A program made the translations under genes and the position numbers. 64,000 nt of DNA from Candidatus Omnitrophota bacterium (GTDB lineage Bacteria; Omnitrophota; Gorgyraeia; Gygaellales; Profunditerraquicolaceae): positions 346,509 to 410,508 of the forward strand of contig JALOQK010000002.1 of the NCBI GenBank assembly GCA_025453395.1, written 5' to 3'. Below, in pieces: positions 50,543-60,777 of the stretch. Under the pieces are notes generated by a model, which saw nothing but the letters and a program-made list of their open reading frames with translations, was not told the DNA's origin and made no database searches. Each line of letters opens with the position of its first letter. The first letter of the stretch is position 1.

Positions 50543-52357
50543 CTAGCTACCGTCTACCAACGGACGCGGATCAATGGCTTTATCTGTTACCGCCTCATAT
50601 ACATCAATTTGACCTGGATCTTTAATGCACATAATCTTTTCATTGGGGCAGTTTTCAAGAGGAAATGTTCCAATATGCTTTAACCCCGGATTTCTTGGGA
50701 TTAAAAACAATTCATCTCTATCTTCAGCTAAACCGGTTTTTAAATAGCCTTTATGGTGCACCAAAACATACTTTACCCCCATCCATTTCAACATCGAAAC
50801 TGTATCTGGGCTTGAGAGTTTCACAAGCTTTTGAGCAACTTTATTAGCATAAGTGCCGGGGATAGTCCCATTGATAATTTTCTTCTCATGTTTAGTCTGA
50901 TACAACTTATACAGCTCATTAGGAGAACTGGCATCCAAAGGATATTCGGCTATAACAATATCATCGGTTTGAGCTTTAAGCCAAGCATAAACTGAAGGAA
51001 AAGTTGAAACATCTATTACCTTGTAAGGCGGCCAATTCCAGAATTCAAATAAAACTAAACCACAAGCTAAAATAGCTACAGCAATTTTTGTCTTATTAGA
51101 TCTAAATCGTTCCAGGATAAATTTAAGCCCGAAACCTGCCAAAACACTAACCGCCAACATCACCACAATCCCAAACCTGCAATAGGCGCGAAACATAGGT
51201 AAGATTTTATACATAAAAAAAGACGGCATATACAACTTAAGGCCAAATATATTCCACCATGGAGGTTGAGAAAAAAACCACGCCACAACAGCCAAGCAAA
51301 CAAAAAATCCAATATATTTTTTTTCTTCAGCTGACAGCTGACAGCTGACAGCTGACAGCTGTTTACTCCTGTATCTTTTGAACGCAACAAAGGCCAAAAT
51401 AATTGGCACCCAACCCAAATAAAGCGTATGCTCAGTAAAACTTACCCCGTATAAACTTGTCCCGACAAATTGCTGGGTAAATTTTCCAAACATAGGATGT
51501 ACCGCAGATGGCAGAAAATAGCTTAAAGGGTGGACGGATTGAGCAAACAAATCTTCAAATGGACGAACAATACTAAACGCGGAAGGCTTAGCAGTCTTTA
51601 CCGTCCAGAAAATCTTTATTAAAAAAGGTAATATAGCGACTATAGAAAGTACGCTTGTCAAGAAAAACGCATTCAAATAAACTTTAAGTTTATTAAGTTT
51701 TAGCGGACCCCTCCTAAATATAAGCATATAAGTAATAAATGCTGCGGTCGTTACAAACATAAACACTGCATAATGAAGCTCAAAAACAATAACCAGGAAA
51801 AATGAGAGCACGCAAAGAAACATATCTTTTACTTTGCCAGAGGAATATAACTTTATCATACAGAGAATATAGAAAGGCATCCCTGCTGTAAAAGTCAGTG
51901 CAAAATGCTGCCAGATGCGCGCGAATTGATATGGACACAGCGCATATATAATAGCCGAAATAAAACTGGAAAAATAATCTTTTGTCAGATAATAAGAAAG
52001 CGAAAACATCGCGATCAATGATAATAGCAGATTAAGAAACAACACCAAATTAAATGCTAACACTTCATTGCCGATTATCGAAAGACACTTTGCTAAATGA
52101 AGCCAAAGAGGATAAATAGAAAATGCGTCGTGCTGAAGCCCAAAAGGATAGGCAGTAACAATCTCAAGCGTCAGCGGTTTGCCGATTAGAAATGAATGCT
52201 TCAACCACCAAAATCCTTGCAAAACAGCAAAAGATTCGTCAGTGGATTGAAAACCAGGAATAAAATTAAGTATATTTATTAGCCATGGGAAGGTGACCAA
52301 GAAAATTACTACCAAGAACACAAAAAATAGACTTATTTTTTTAGTGAATGGCGTCAT
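50543..52357 (-). CDS. large polytopic membrane protein, putative GT-C-like glycosyltransferase
   Basis: The 604-aa protein has many transmembrane segments and lies next to a Dpm1-like GT2 gene. The family is assigned from context only. Confidence 0.4.
   Translation of the reverse strand: MTPFTKKISLFFVFLVVIFLVTFPWLINILNFIPGFQSTDESFAVLQGFWWLKHSFLIGKPLTLEIVTAYPFGLQHDAFSIYPLWLHLAKCLSIIGNEVLAFNLVLFLNLLLSLIAMFSLSYYLTKDYFSSFISAIIYALCPYQFARIWQHFALTFTAGMPFYILCMIKLYSSGKVKDMFLCVLSFFLVIVFELHYAVFMFVTTAAFITYMLIFRRGPLKLNKLKVYLNAFFLTSVLSIVAILPFLIKIFWTVKTAKPSAFSIVRPFEDLFAQSVHPLSYFLPSAVHPMFGKFTQQFVGTSLYGVSFTEHTLYLGWVPIILAFVAFKRYRSKQLSAVSCQLSAEEKKYIGFFVCLAVVAWFFSQPPWWNIFGLKLYMPSFFMYKILPMFRAYCRFGIVVMLAVSVLAGFGLKFILERFRSNKTKIAVAILACGLVLFEFWNWPPYKVIDVSTFPSVYAWLKAQTDDIVIAEYPLDASSPNELYKLYQTKHEKKIINGTIPGTYANKVAQKLVKLSSPDTVSMLKWMGVKYVLVHHKGYLKTGLAEDRDELFLIPRNPGLKHIGTFPLENCPNEKIMCIKDPGQIDVYEAVTDKAIDPRPLVDGS
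51317..51362. repeat. T8 homopolymer followed by heptamer tandem repeat (CAGCTGA x4 plus CAGCTGT) inside the membrane-protein gene
   Basis: The DNA reads tttttttt cttcag ctga cagctga cagctga cagctga cagctgt. The coding strand encodes KQLSAVSCQLSAEEKK, with an A8 run in the EEKK codons. Confidence 0.9.
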
Positions 52358-52385
52358 GTTTTCACAGTAGAAATGATTTAAGAAA

Positions 52386-53042
52386 CTATTTTATTAATAT
52401 TGCTTCGAAGAAATTAGTAAATCTGTCTAATATTGCGGGACTTTTCTTAAGATAGCACATGAATTTACCGCTATGCAAGCCGAGTACAGTCTTGTTAATA
52501 CGGTATTCCGAGAATGCCGATCTTGAAACTAACTTCAGAAGCTCTTCATACGAATATTCCCTTAAATGTTCTGGATAGATAAACTTACTTTCCATAAAGA
52601 CAAGTTTAGCAATGCTGCGCGTCAACCGCGTCCGACTGGGAGTTATAAGCAATAAAACGCCGCCTTTTCTTAAAACCTTATATGTTTCATTTAAAACTTT
52701 TAAATCATCAGGAACGTGCTCAAGCACATGCGAGCTTACAACAATATCTACGCTGTTCTCCTTAAGCACGCTACCTAAATTCTGCCAGTCAGCATTAATT
52801 ATTTTTATGTTCTTTTCCGGCTTCACCAGCCGGCTTTTATCAATCTCTATCCCTAGTAGCATCTTGCAATGCCGAGCTAAATCATAAGTTTTTTGAGGAT
52901 ATGTACATCCGATCTCAACAACAATCATTTCCTTATTCACAATGGAAACATATTTTTCTTTCAAATGCTCCCAATCATAAAGATAATATCTACCATCTTT
53001 ATGTGGATTACCGATAAAAAAATTATTGAAGTTTATTTGCAT
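52386..53042 (-). CDS. class I SAM-dependent methyltransferase (type 11-like)
   Basis: VVEIGCTYPQ is motif I. IVVSSHVLEHVPDD and VLRKGGVLLLITP are further methyltransferase motifs. Confidence 0.7.
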   Translation of the reverse strand: MQINFNNFFIGNPHKDGRYYLYDWEHLKEKYVSIVNKEMIVVEIGCTYPQKTYDLARHCKMLLGIEIDKSRLVKPEKNIKIINADWQNLGSVLKENSVDIVVSSHVLEHVPDDLKVLNETYKVLRKGGVLLLITPSRTRLTRSIAKLVFMESKFIYPEHLREYSYEELLKLVSRSAFSEYRINKTVLGLHSGKFMCYLKKSPAILDRFTNFFEAILIK

Positions 53043-53062
53043 ATATGAAACAAAATTTGTAT

Positions 53063-54052
53063 TTATGGTTTGTGTGCGATAAAATGAATAACTTCACCAT
53101 GCCTGGTATTGCCAAGAATAACATTTGCAACAAAAGCAAGAGGCAATAACACGATTGCCAATAAAGCATGTGCGATAAATTCAGAAAACGATCTGCGGCC
53201 GACACCTCCGACACAAAGAAAGTTATAAAATAAATTCTGCTGACCAGAGATTTTATTCAAAAAGCTTTGCATAGTCATAAAAATGCTGTATTCAGATGAA
53301 AAATATCTTTTTTTTGTTATCGTAAAACCATGTTCCGTCAACAACTTAGTCAGAGACTGATTAGTAAAATGAGTCAGGTGATTTGGCAAATCCCAGCCAA
53401 TCCAGGACTTACCTGTTAACCTTTGGGAGAAACTCTCACTGTTGGGAACTTCAATTAATAACCTGCCACCTTTCCTCAACAGTTCATAGCTAATACAAAT
53501 ATACGCTTCTACATCATCAATATGCTCAAGAACATGCCAGAAAGAAATCATGTCTAGATTATTAGGAATTTCTTTAAAAAATTCTCGCAAATCCCCCTTT
53601 CGTACTTCTAACCCTAATTTTTCCCTTGCATACTTAATCGCCGGATCCGAAAACTGCGTTCCAAGAACAAAAGTAGCCTTAAAATATTTCTTTAGATAAA
53701 ACAACATTAATCCACGCCCGCACCCAACATCAAGAATGCGTTTTGGCCTATAGAATATAAAAATCTTGAACGCTCTGAAGAATCTAAAAAACCTAACTAT
53801 CATTTCTGGAATAGTCCGGAATCTCCTAGACTGATCGCCAAAATAGAACCTCTTATTATAAATCTCCTCTATGCTATTAAATGCTGGGATAGGATGTGTT
53901 TTTCTAAATCCACAATCTTCACATTCGACTACAGAATAATCATTAATGCGATATAAAACTCGCGATCTTTCATGTTTACACTGCGGGCGTATATCTAAAA
54001 GAAAATCACTGGAATTGCTCATATCTGCGGATATTCCTTGTATGCAATACAT
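53063..54052 (-). CDS. class I SAM-dependent methyltransferase with an N-terminal Cys-containing segment
   Basis: ILDVGCGRGLM is motif I. ISFWHVLEHIDD and LRKGGRLLIEVP are further methyltransferase motifs. The N-terminus reads CEDCGF. The start is uncertain: it could be 54052 or the Met at 54022. Confidence 0.7.
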   Translation of the reverse strand: MYCIQGISADMSNSSDFLLDIRPQCKHERSRVLYRINDYSVVECEDCGFRKTHPIPAFNSIEEIYNKRFYFGDQSRRFRTIPEMIVRFFRFFRAFKIFIFYRPKRILDVGCGRGLMLFYLKKYFKATFVLGTQFSDPAIKYAREKLGLEVRKGDLREFFKEIPNNLDMISFWHVLEHIDDVEAYICISYELLRKGGRLLIEVPNSESFSQRLTGKSWIGWDLPNHLTHFTNQSLTKLLTEHGFTITKKRYFSSEYSIFMTMQSFLNKISGQQNLFYNFLCVGGVGRRSFSEFIAHALLAIVLLPLAFVANVILGNTRHGEVIHFIAHKP

Positions 54053-54758
54053 ACTTTATGCTAGTTTTTAATACCCCAAGCCCATATTTTACTGATCGCG
54101 CAAAATTTATCGAGCTGGCCTCTTTAAAATATTTCGTAACTACCGGAATCTCTTTGAAAATGAGCCTTTTCACCACCATCTGAGCTATAATTTCATTATC
54201 AAAAACAAAATCATCCGAGTTAAGCCACCATTTAACAGATTCAAGAGCTTCCCGGGAAAAGGCTCTATAACCAGTATGAAATTCATTGAAGTATGTACCC
54301 ATGCACATATTCTGAAACCAAGTTAAAATACGGTTTGCGATAATTTTATAAAACGGCATCCCCCCTTTTAGCGGACCTCCATCGTAAGGATCACGAATAA
54401 ATCGAGAAGCTAAAACAACATCAGCCTGTCCTTCTTTAATTGGTAAAGCGATATTAGGTATCAGCCGGGGGTCATACTGATTATCGGGATGAAGCATAAT
54501 AATAATATCTGCACCCAAATCTAATGCCTTTCGATAACATGTTTTTTGATTAGCACCATAGCCTTTATTAACCGGATGTTTTATAAGATGTACGTGTAAA
54601 CTCTGGGCCAACTCGCAGGTTAAATCCTTTGATGCATCATCAACCAGCACAATTTCGTCATAGCTATGAGGCGGTATAGCATTGTAAGTAGCAAGCAGAG
54701 TTTTTTCGGCATTGTAAGCCGGCATAACAATTACAACCTTAGAATTTTTAGTTGTTGG
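54006..54758 (-). CDS. GT2-family glycosyltransferase
   Basis: VVIVMPAYNAEKTL...VLVDDASKDLT...MLHPDNQYDP matches the family. I placed the start at MPTTKN. Confidence 0.75.
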   Translation of the reverse strand, partial: PTTKNSKVVIVMPAYNAEKTLLATYNAIPPHSYDEIVLVDDASKDLTCELAQSLHVHLIKHPVNKGYGANQKTCYRKALDLGADIIIMLHPDNQYDPRLIPNIALPIKEGQADVVLASRFIRDPYDGGPLKGGMPFYKIIANRILTWFQNMCMGTYFNEFHTGYRAFSREALESVKWWLNSDDFVFDNEIIAQMVVKRLIFKEIPVVTKYFKEASSINFARSVKYGLGVLKTSIKYVLHTRNIRRYEQFQ

Positions 54759-55515
54759 CATTCCTGCCTCCTGTGTTTTTCTGCGCAAGGACCAACATTT
54801 CATGCCCCAGATCAATTGATTGTCTACAACAATTAAATTGCATATTATACAATATTTTCCAAAACAAATATTGCCGGTTTAGGATCCTAGAAGCCAGAGG
54901 AAGATCCCAAGCATTGTTTAAAGTGCTATTTTCTGTTCGAACAGCTTTATTTGGGGCAATATCCTTAGGCGGTTTCTTAAAAAAAGTATAGAACCTGCGC
55001 ATACTCCAAAAAACAGGATATGTGACATCCCAAGAAATAATCGGCGTCAACCCTACATTTATTAATTTCTTATTCAAATCTTCTGTAGTATATCTGCGCA
55101 TGTGGCCGTAGAAGTCATCGTCCCATCTCCATTCTTTAGGGTTACTTGGCACACAAAAACAGGCATATCCTCCAGGCAACAAAAGTGATGAAATTTTTTT
55201 TAAGAAAGCTTGGTCATCTGAAATATGCTCAACAACATCCCATGCAAATATTGTATTGTAATACTGCTCTTCGCTAAACAGGCTCCTCTTCTCCACTAAT
55301 ACCTGCGGACATAACGCCAAGTTAATTTTAGCTTTATTGATGGCGGCTTCGGATATATCAATAGCCTTTCCATTCCAACCCTTCAATGATAAATAAGCTG
55401 ACAGATCACCTACACCACAACCAACATCAAGAAATGGCCACGTAAGTTTATACATAATAAGTATTTTGTCAAAACAATAAAATAAATAATTCTTTAAAGG
55501 AATAAAATTTGCCAT
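54748..55515 (-). CDS. class I SAM-dependent methyltransferase
   Basis: FLDVGCGVGDL is motif I. IFAWDVVEHISDD and LLPGGYACFCVP are further methyltransferase motifs. Confidence 0.7.
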   Translation of the reverse strand: MANFIPLKNYLFYCFDKILIMYKLTWPFLDVGCGVGDLSAYLSLKGWNGKAIDISEAAINKAKINLALCPQVLVEKRSLFSEEQYYNTIFAWDVVEHISDDQAFLKKISSLLLPGGYACFCVPSNPKEWRWDDDFYGHMRRYTTEDLNKKLINVGLTPIISWDVTYPVFWSMRRFYTFFKKPPKDIAPNKAVRTENSTLNNAWDLPLASRILNRQYLFWKILYNMQFNCCRQSIDLGHEMLVLAQKNTGGRNANN

Positions 55516-55528
55516 TAACAGTTAAAAG

Positions 55529-57202
55529 TTATTTGCCGCTAAAGAAACTTTCCTGAACTTCATAAATATAAAAAAAATCTGAACGCCTAATTGCATTTGA
55601 AGAAACGCCTTTATCATAATTTTCATATACAGTGCCTATTAACCTGAATTTATCCGGATTACCTCTTATATAATGAATAGCCGGATAAGCAAGTGATTCT
55701 ATCTTCCAAAATTCACTAAGCAATATATAGTGTAAATCGAAAATCTTAATTGAAAGATCCGTTTGTTCGATAGCAGCTCCGGATACTGACGAACGGGGCA
55801 AAGTAACAACTCGCTTATTGCAATTATAAACCAGGGCGTCTGATAAAAGGCCTTCTGCCAATACTCCATCCTTAGGAAGTTTATTTAAAAATTCTCCTGC
55901 CTTGTCGCATGCCTCTACCCTGCCTAAAGTAAAGATAAAATTATGACTTCGCTTTAATGTGAAAGCAGCTAAAGCGAAAATTGTAATTAGCGCAATATAT
56001 TTTAAAAGCCTGCGATTGGCTACTAACTTCAGCTGCTTTAATGAAAATATAATTTCAATACCCCTAACAAGAAAATATGCCATAAAAGGAATCGCAGCGA
56101 TGGAGTACCTAGGATTAGTTCCTTCATAAATAACGGGGTAAACAATTCCAAGAACAATAATAAATAGATATACATCTACCCTATGCTCTTTTAGAATCTT
56201 CAACCTAACCCTTAAAGGGTTACCGAAGGGGAACAAGAATCTTGAAAGCAATAAAAAAACCGGTATGACCATCAGGATCAACAATGTCCATCTAAAGAAT
56301 ATCCCGCGATACTTATGCAACTCTACTAGCTGAAACAACTTTTCTGCAATGTGTGAAAAATTAAAGTTAACCCGAAACACCATATCGCCCCATACCGCAT
56401 TACTATTTGGGAAATATATTGGATTTAAAAGTTGTTTTAACCCAAACTCACATACCCTCTCTATTCTTCCCTCCAACCCTCCAGCGTAATAGGTATGGGT
56501 CGTATAGATAATGTACTTTGGCAAAATGACACAAGAGCAATAAATTGCAACAATTAGGAATATGGGAACAAGTTTATTGATCTGCACTGATAATTTATCG
56601 CGGGGATTAAACCTGAAGATAAAAAAAGCTCCCAGCAAAACAGGCAACAATGTAAACGGCATTATATCCGAAGTCATAAAGGTCAATCCCCCAAAAATCG
56701 CCGATAAAAGAAGAAACCGATATTTGGCAGTAGTTAAACCTTTAACATACATGTAAAAACTTAAGAAAAACAGACACACAAATAGCTCATATCTAAAAAT
56801 CAACTTAGAATAAAACATGAGAATATTATTAAAAGCCAAGTAGACCAAGGCCATATACACTGATGATTTTTTTAAGCCAAACAACATAAAAAGATGGTAG
56901 ATCACAAAGAACAAGATTACGCTTGAGAAAAATGATACAGCAATTGCCGCAATGTGATCATTAAAGAAAATATTAAAAAACCTGATCATATAAGGATAGA
57001 ATACGGGATGATAGTCGTAGAAAGAATGATTAAACATTCTATTAAAAGGAAAACTTCTGGCGCAAGCCAGATATTTAGCCTCATCCCCCCAAATCCAATA
57101 GGCCTGGAACGGCAAGAAAAGGCGTAAAGCGGAATAGACAAGGAAAATAAACCAAAAATTGCTATCGTACTTTCGCATCAAAGCTAATAATTTCATATTC
57201 AA
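55529..57202 (-). CDS. large polytopic membrane protein, putative GT-C-like glycosyltransferase
   Basis: The 557-aa protein has many transmembrane segments and sits between a methyltransferase and a GT2 gene. The family is assigned from context only. Confidence 0.4.
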   Translation of the reverse strand: MNMKLLALMRKYDSNFWFIFLVYSALRLFLPFQAYWIWGDEAKYLACARSFPFNRMFNHSFYDYHPVFYPYMIRFFNIFFNDHIAAIAVSFFSSVILFFVIYHLFMLFGLKKSSVYMALVYLAFNNILMFYSKLIFRYELFVCLFFLSFYMYVKGLTTAKYRFLLLSAIFGGLTFMTSDIMPFTLLPVLLGAFFIFRFNPRDKLSVQINKLVPIFLIVAIYCSCVILPKYIIYTTHTYYAGGLEGRIERVCEFGLKQLLNPIYFPNSNAVWGDMVFRVNFNFSHIAEKLFQLVELHKYRGIFFRWTLLILMVIPVFLLLSRFLFPFGNPLRVRLKILKEHRVDVYLFIIVLGIVYPVIYEGTNPRYSIAAIPFMAYFLVRGIEIIFSLKQLKLVANRRLLKYIALITIFALAAFTLKRSHNFIFTLGRVEACDKAGEFLNKLPKDGVLAEGLLSDALVYNCNKRVVTLPRSSVSGAAIEQTDLSIKIFDLHYILLSEFWKIESLAYPAIHYIRGNPDKFRLIGTVYENYDKGVSSNAIRRSDFFYIYEVQESFFSGK

Positions 57203-58200
57203 ACCTTATAGACTTTAGCTTCAAATTCCGGAATCCCCATCCATTTCAAAACTTGAACCTTACCAATCTGCCGAGCCATTTGTTTGCGCATAAACCAATC
57301 AGAAACCTTACGAATCCTTTGAATTCTTTTATGTTCATCCCAAGTATTTGGAAAATTCTTTATATTCCATGCATAAGCCTTGATATAAGCCTGCCTGACT
57401 ACTTTAAACTCACCTCTAGCCAACAATAAGCCTAATTCTGCCATGCTTAATATAAAATATTGAAATAACATAAAAAAAAGCCAACTCGTAGAATAATTCT
57501 TTAACATAGATCTTATTAAATTGCGTTCACCCAGATACCTCTTCCAAATATTACTCTTATATTTAACCATTCCTATCATTGTGCAAGCAGAATCATGGCG
57601 AAAAAAAGCTTCTTTTACCGGCTCAATACGATATCCTTGTAGTAATACCCTCCAACACAGATCTCGGTCTTCTCCGTAAAGAAAAAGTTTATCATCAAAA
57701 CCTGAGATTTCATCAAAAACACTCCTTCGAATGAAGATCGCTGCATCAGGATAAAAAAGTGGCCCTAAATTACCGCATGGATACCCAAATCTATCACAAG
57801 AAAGACCCATGCCAATTTTATCCTTGCCATCATAGGTAAAAACATCGCATGCACAAACTCCAATTTTAGGATCGGATTCGGCTTTTTCTACTAATGCATT
57901 AATTATGTTCTGATCTACAATCGTGTCGTTATTTAGAAAGAAAAGGTAACTGCCCTTAGAAGCCTGTGCGCCTCTATTGCTTGCGCATGCTAATCCAAGG
58001 TTATCTCCTATGGGCAAAACAATAACTTCATGATAACGGTTTTTTACAAAATCCACACTATCATCCTCAGATCCGTTATCAACAAGAATTACCTCAAAAT
58101 TCTTATAATTCATCTTGCGCAAGGAATTAAAACAATTCTCCAGATACTTCCTGCCGTTATAATTAACAATTATAATACTTACTAAAGGCGAGTCTTGCAT
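57199..58200 (-). CDS. GT2-family glycosyltransferase (rhamnosyltransferase-like)
   Basis: VSIIIVNYNGRKYL...ILVDNGSEDDS...FLNNDT...GEDRDLCWR matches the family. Confidence 0.8.
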   Translation of the reverse strand: MQDSPLVSIIIVNYNGRKYLENCFNSLRKMNYKNFEVILVDNGSEDDSVDFVKNRYHEVIVLPIGDNLGLACASNRGAQASKGSYLFFLNNDTIVDQNIINALVEKAESDPKIGVCACDVFTYDGKDKIGMGLSCDRFGYPCGNLGPLFYPDAAIFIRRSVFDEISGFDDKLFLYGEDRDLCWRVLLQGYRIEPVKEAFFRHDSACTMIGMVKYKSNIWKRYLGERNLIRSMLKNYSTSWLFFMLFQYFILSMAELGLLLARGEFKVVRQAYIKAYAWNIKNFPNTWDEHKRIQRIRKVSDWFMRKQMARQIGKVQVLKWMGIPEFEAKVYKV

Positions 58201-58203
58201 TAC

Positions 58204-58782
58204 TTAAACCTCTTTATTTGAGATCGGTTCTAAATGCTTTATTATCTTAGCTGGAGATCCTGCTACCATGATATTAGAAGGAAGATCGCCAACAACAACG
58301 CTGTTAGCTGCAATAATCACATTATCCCCTATGTTAGCTGGTCCCAAAATACAGCTTCCTGCGCCCATAAAGACCCAGTCTCCAATATTTATGCGCTCCT
58401 TAGAATCCCAAGCAACGGGCGTCACCCCATACGCACCAACCGGATGCCTACCGCCAATGGTACAATGCTGAGCAATGGTAAAATTCTTACCAATCGTGGC
58501 ACCGCCGATAACAATACCAAATGGATGCGGCATATATAACCCTGGGCCAATTTTAACTCCATAGTAACGCAATACAGAAGACCCGCATATGATTTCTTCT
58601 ATTTTCATCATAATAATCTCAAAGATACCTAACCCATGCCTTGCCAACCAACATCGTATTCTATAGCTTAAAATAATCTGAAGACTTAAAAAACAAAATA
58701 CCGCTCCCAACCTATTAATGAATTTATTGGACAATTTATTGCATTCCATAAAGCGAGTTAGATCCTGGCTAAAATTAGACAT
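58204..58782 (-). CDS. hexapeptide-repeat (left-handed beta-helix) O-acetyltransferase, serine-acetyltransferase-like
   Basis: It has tandem [LIV]-G-x-x-x-x hexapeptides: GVKIGPGLYMPHPFGIVIGGATIGKNFTIAQHCTIGG. Confidence 0.7.
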   Translation of the reverse strand: MSNFSQDLTRFMECNKLSNKFINRLGAVFCFLSLQIILSYRIRCWLARHGLGIFEIIMMKIEEIICGSSVLRYYGVKIGPGLYMPHPFGIVIGGATIGKNFTIAQHCTIGGRHPVGAYGVTPVAWDSKERINIGDWVFMGAGSCILGPANIGDNVIIAANSVVVGDLPSNIMVAGSPAKIIKHLEPISNKEV

Positions 58783-59809
58783 TGGTCACCTCATAAATAT
58801 TAGTTTTAAATATGTGTTCAAATAAAGACCTTCTGCCTTTAGGCAAAGCAAATGTCCAAAATAGATACGTAACAGTCTGCAAAAAACACATTAAGGGATG
58901 GAACAACCAGTAAATATTTCTATCTCGAATCATAAGATAAAGCGAATGAACAAAAGAAAATACAGGAACTAAACTATAAATAAGCCAGAAAAACATCTTT
59001 AGCCGGAAATTACCGCAATAAAACCAATCAATTCTTCTTTCGTGGCGAGTTTCAAGAAAAATCTGAGTATAATTACGCTTCCACTTCTTAACCCAATGCC
59101 AAATTGAATCTACAGTGTGATGATAAATATTTAAATCATAAGAATAGGCGACCTTATTCTTACCGCTTTCCACCATACGCTGAAAAACCTCATTATCTCC
59201 TATATATTTTTCGCCTAAAAAAAGATGTTTTACGTCTTTTAAGCGGTAAACAATGCCATTGGCACCCCAACAAAGAGGCCTGCAGGGATCGACATCAAAA
59301 ATCTTATAGTTTCGGGCGTTTATTATCTCAACAGAAGCCTTCTTTAGATAAGCGTCTAAATTGCGGTTTAAAAACTGTGCCAAAGGCTCGCTTTGGATCA
59401 GCTCATAATATCTCATAATCATAGGGTCTTGTTTAGCAGCTACCATCTTCCCCCATACACATGACAGATCCGGATATTTAGAAAAACCCTCGGCAACGTC
59501 TTTTAACCAATTCTTTCCAACCAGACCATTATCAGCGGCAAATATAACTACTAAATCTCCAGTTGCATTTTCTATAGCAATCCGCATTCCATATTCACCA
59601 AGGCGTTTAGAATTATTGAGAATTATTGTTTTATATTTACGCGCTATATCCAAAGTGTTATCACACGAGCCACCATCAACCACTAAAACTTCTATAAGAT
59701 CAGGAGGATAATCTTGATCAAATATTGTTTTTAGACATAATTCTAGATATTTAGAAGAATTGTATACGGGTATGGAAACAGATATTTTAATATTCTTGCG
59801 ATTATTCAT
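58775..59809 (-). CDS. GT2-family glycosyltransferase
   Basis: ISVSIPVYNSSKYL...VLVVDGGSCDNT...IFAADN matches the family. Confidence 0.75.
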   Translation of the reverse strand: MNNRKNIKISVSIPVYNSSKYLELCLKTIFDQDYPPDLIEVLVVDGGSCDNTLDIARKYKTIILNNSKRLGEYGMRIAIENATGDLVVIFAADNGLVGKNWLKDVAEGFSKYPDLSCVWGKMVAAKQDPMIMRYYELIQSEPLAQFLNRNLDAYLKKASVEIINARNYKIFDVDPCRPLCWGANGIVYRLKDVKHLFLGEKYIGDNEVFQRMVESGKNKVAYSYDLNIYHHTVDSIWHWVKKWKRNYTQIFLETRHERRIDWFYCGNFRLKMFFWLIYSLVPVFSFVHSLYLMIRDRNIYWLFHPLMCFLQTVTYLFWTFALPKGRRSLFEHIFKTNIYEVTNV

Positions 59810-59811
59810 TA

Positions 59812-60777
59812 TTATCTATCTGGGAAGAATTTCTCATTAACATAGCGAATCATATTAAGCCCTGCTTTAAACTTAAACGACGAAACAATCTTTTTCCCTA
59901 ACACTGCATCAACTGCTAACAATGGAATATTTACCCCTGCAGCAACACTTAAAGCAAGCCCACCAGAAAATCTAGGATTTACTTCAATAAAATAGTATTT
60001 GTCTTTAGTTTTAATAGCCTGAAGGTTAGCTGGCCCAAAAATTCTTAACTTTTCTGTAATAGATACGGCTTGTTTGATTAAGCACTGATCGTTTACAGTG
60101 ACTCCTTTATACGAAACTCCGGATTTTACTTCAACACGCCTCCGCGGGATTGCCGTCTTTACTGCATAATTCAAATCCGCCAAGACATCAATAGTAAATT
60201 CCTCACCTTTAATGAACTTCTGTATTACAACATTATTATTATGGTTTAATATAGAAGCTAAACCCTGTTTATCATATGCCTTCACTATTCCAATGCTTGC
60301 TCGTCCACTTCTTGGTTTAACAATAACCGGAAAATCAGAATTTTTGATTAAAGATATCTGACTAGGGAGAAATGTTGGTGCGGTAAGAATATGATTCTGT
60401 TTAAAGAATAAGAACGTCCTATATTTATCTGTGCAAATCTCAATGGTATTTAAATTTGAAATAAGTACTTTCGCTCCCTGATTCTCAAACTTTATGATAT
60501 TCCCAACAATCGGAATAAACTCCTCATCAATAATTGGAATGACAACATCTATTTTTTCTTTCTTTACTATGCCAAGCAATTTGGGGATAAACCTCTTATC
60601 AACACCAAACGGAACCTGATAGAATTCATCGCTAAAATATGCACCACTAACAAATCTTCTTTGATTTATATCGGTTGATACAATTTTAATATTCCGGTCT
60701 TCCCGTAAAGCCTTAATTACATTATTTGCCGTAATTGTTCCTGCGCCAGTAATTAAAACGTTTATCATTTTCTCCAA
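59812..60777 (-). CDS. ATP-grasp domain protein (carboxylate-amine ligase-like)
   Basis: The N-terminal pre-ATP-grasp region reads VLITGAG. The central segment FPVIVKPRSGRASIGI and a C-terminal EVNPRFSGG match the ATP-grasp fold. Confidence 0.6.
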   Translation of the reverse strand: MEKMINVLITGAGTITANNVIKALREDRNIKIVSTDINQRRFVSGAYFSDEFYQVPFGVDKRFIPKLLGIVKKEKIDVVIPIIDEEFIPIVGNIIKFENQGAKVLISNLNTIEICTDKYRTFLFFKQNHILTAPTFLPSQISLIKNSDFPVIVKPRSGRASIGIVKAYDKQGLASILNHNNNVVIQKFIKGEEFTIDVLADLNYAVKTAIPRRRVEVKSGVSYKGVTVNDQCLIKQAVSITEKLRIFGPANLQAIKTKDKYYFIEVNPRFSGGLALSVAAGVNIPLLAVDAVLGKKIVSSFKFKAGLNMIRYVNEKFFPDR

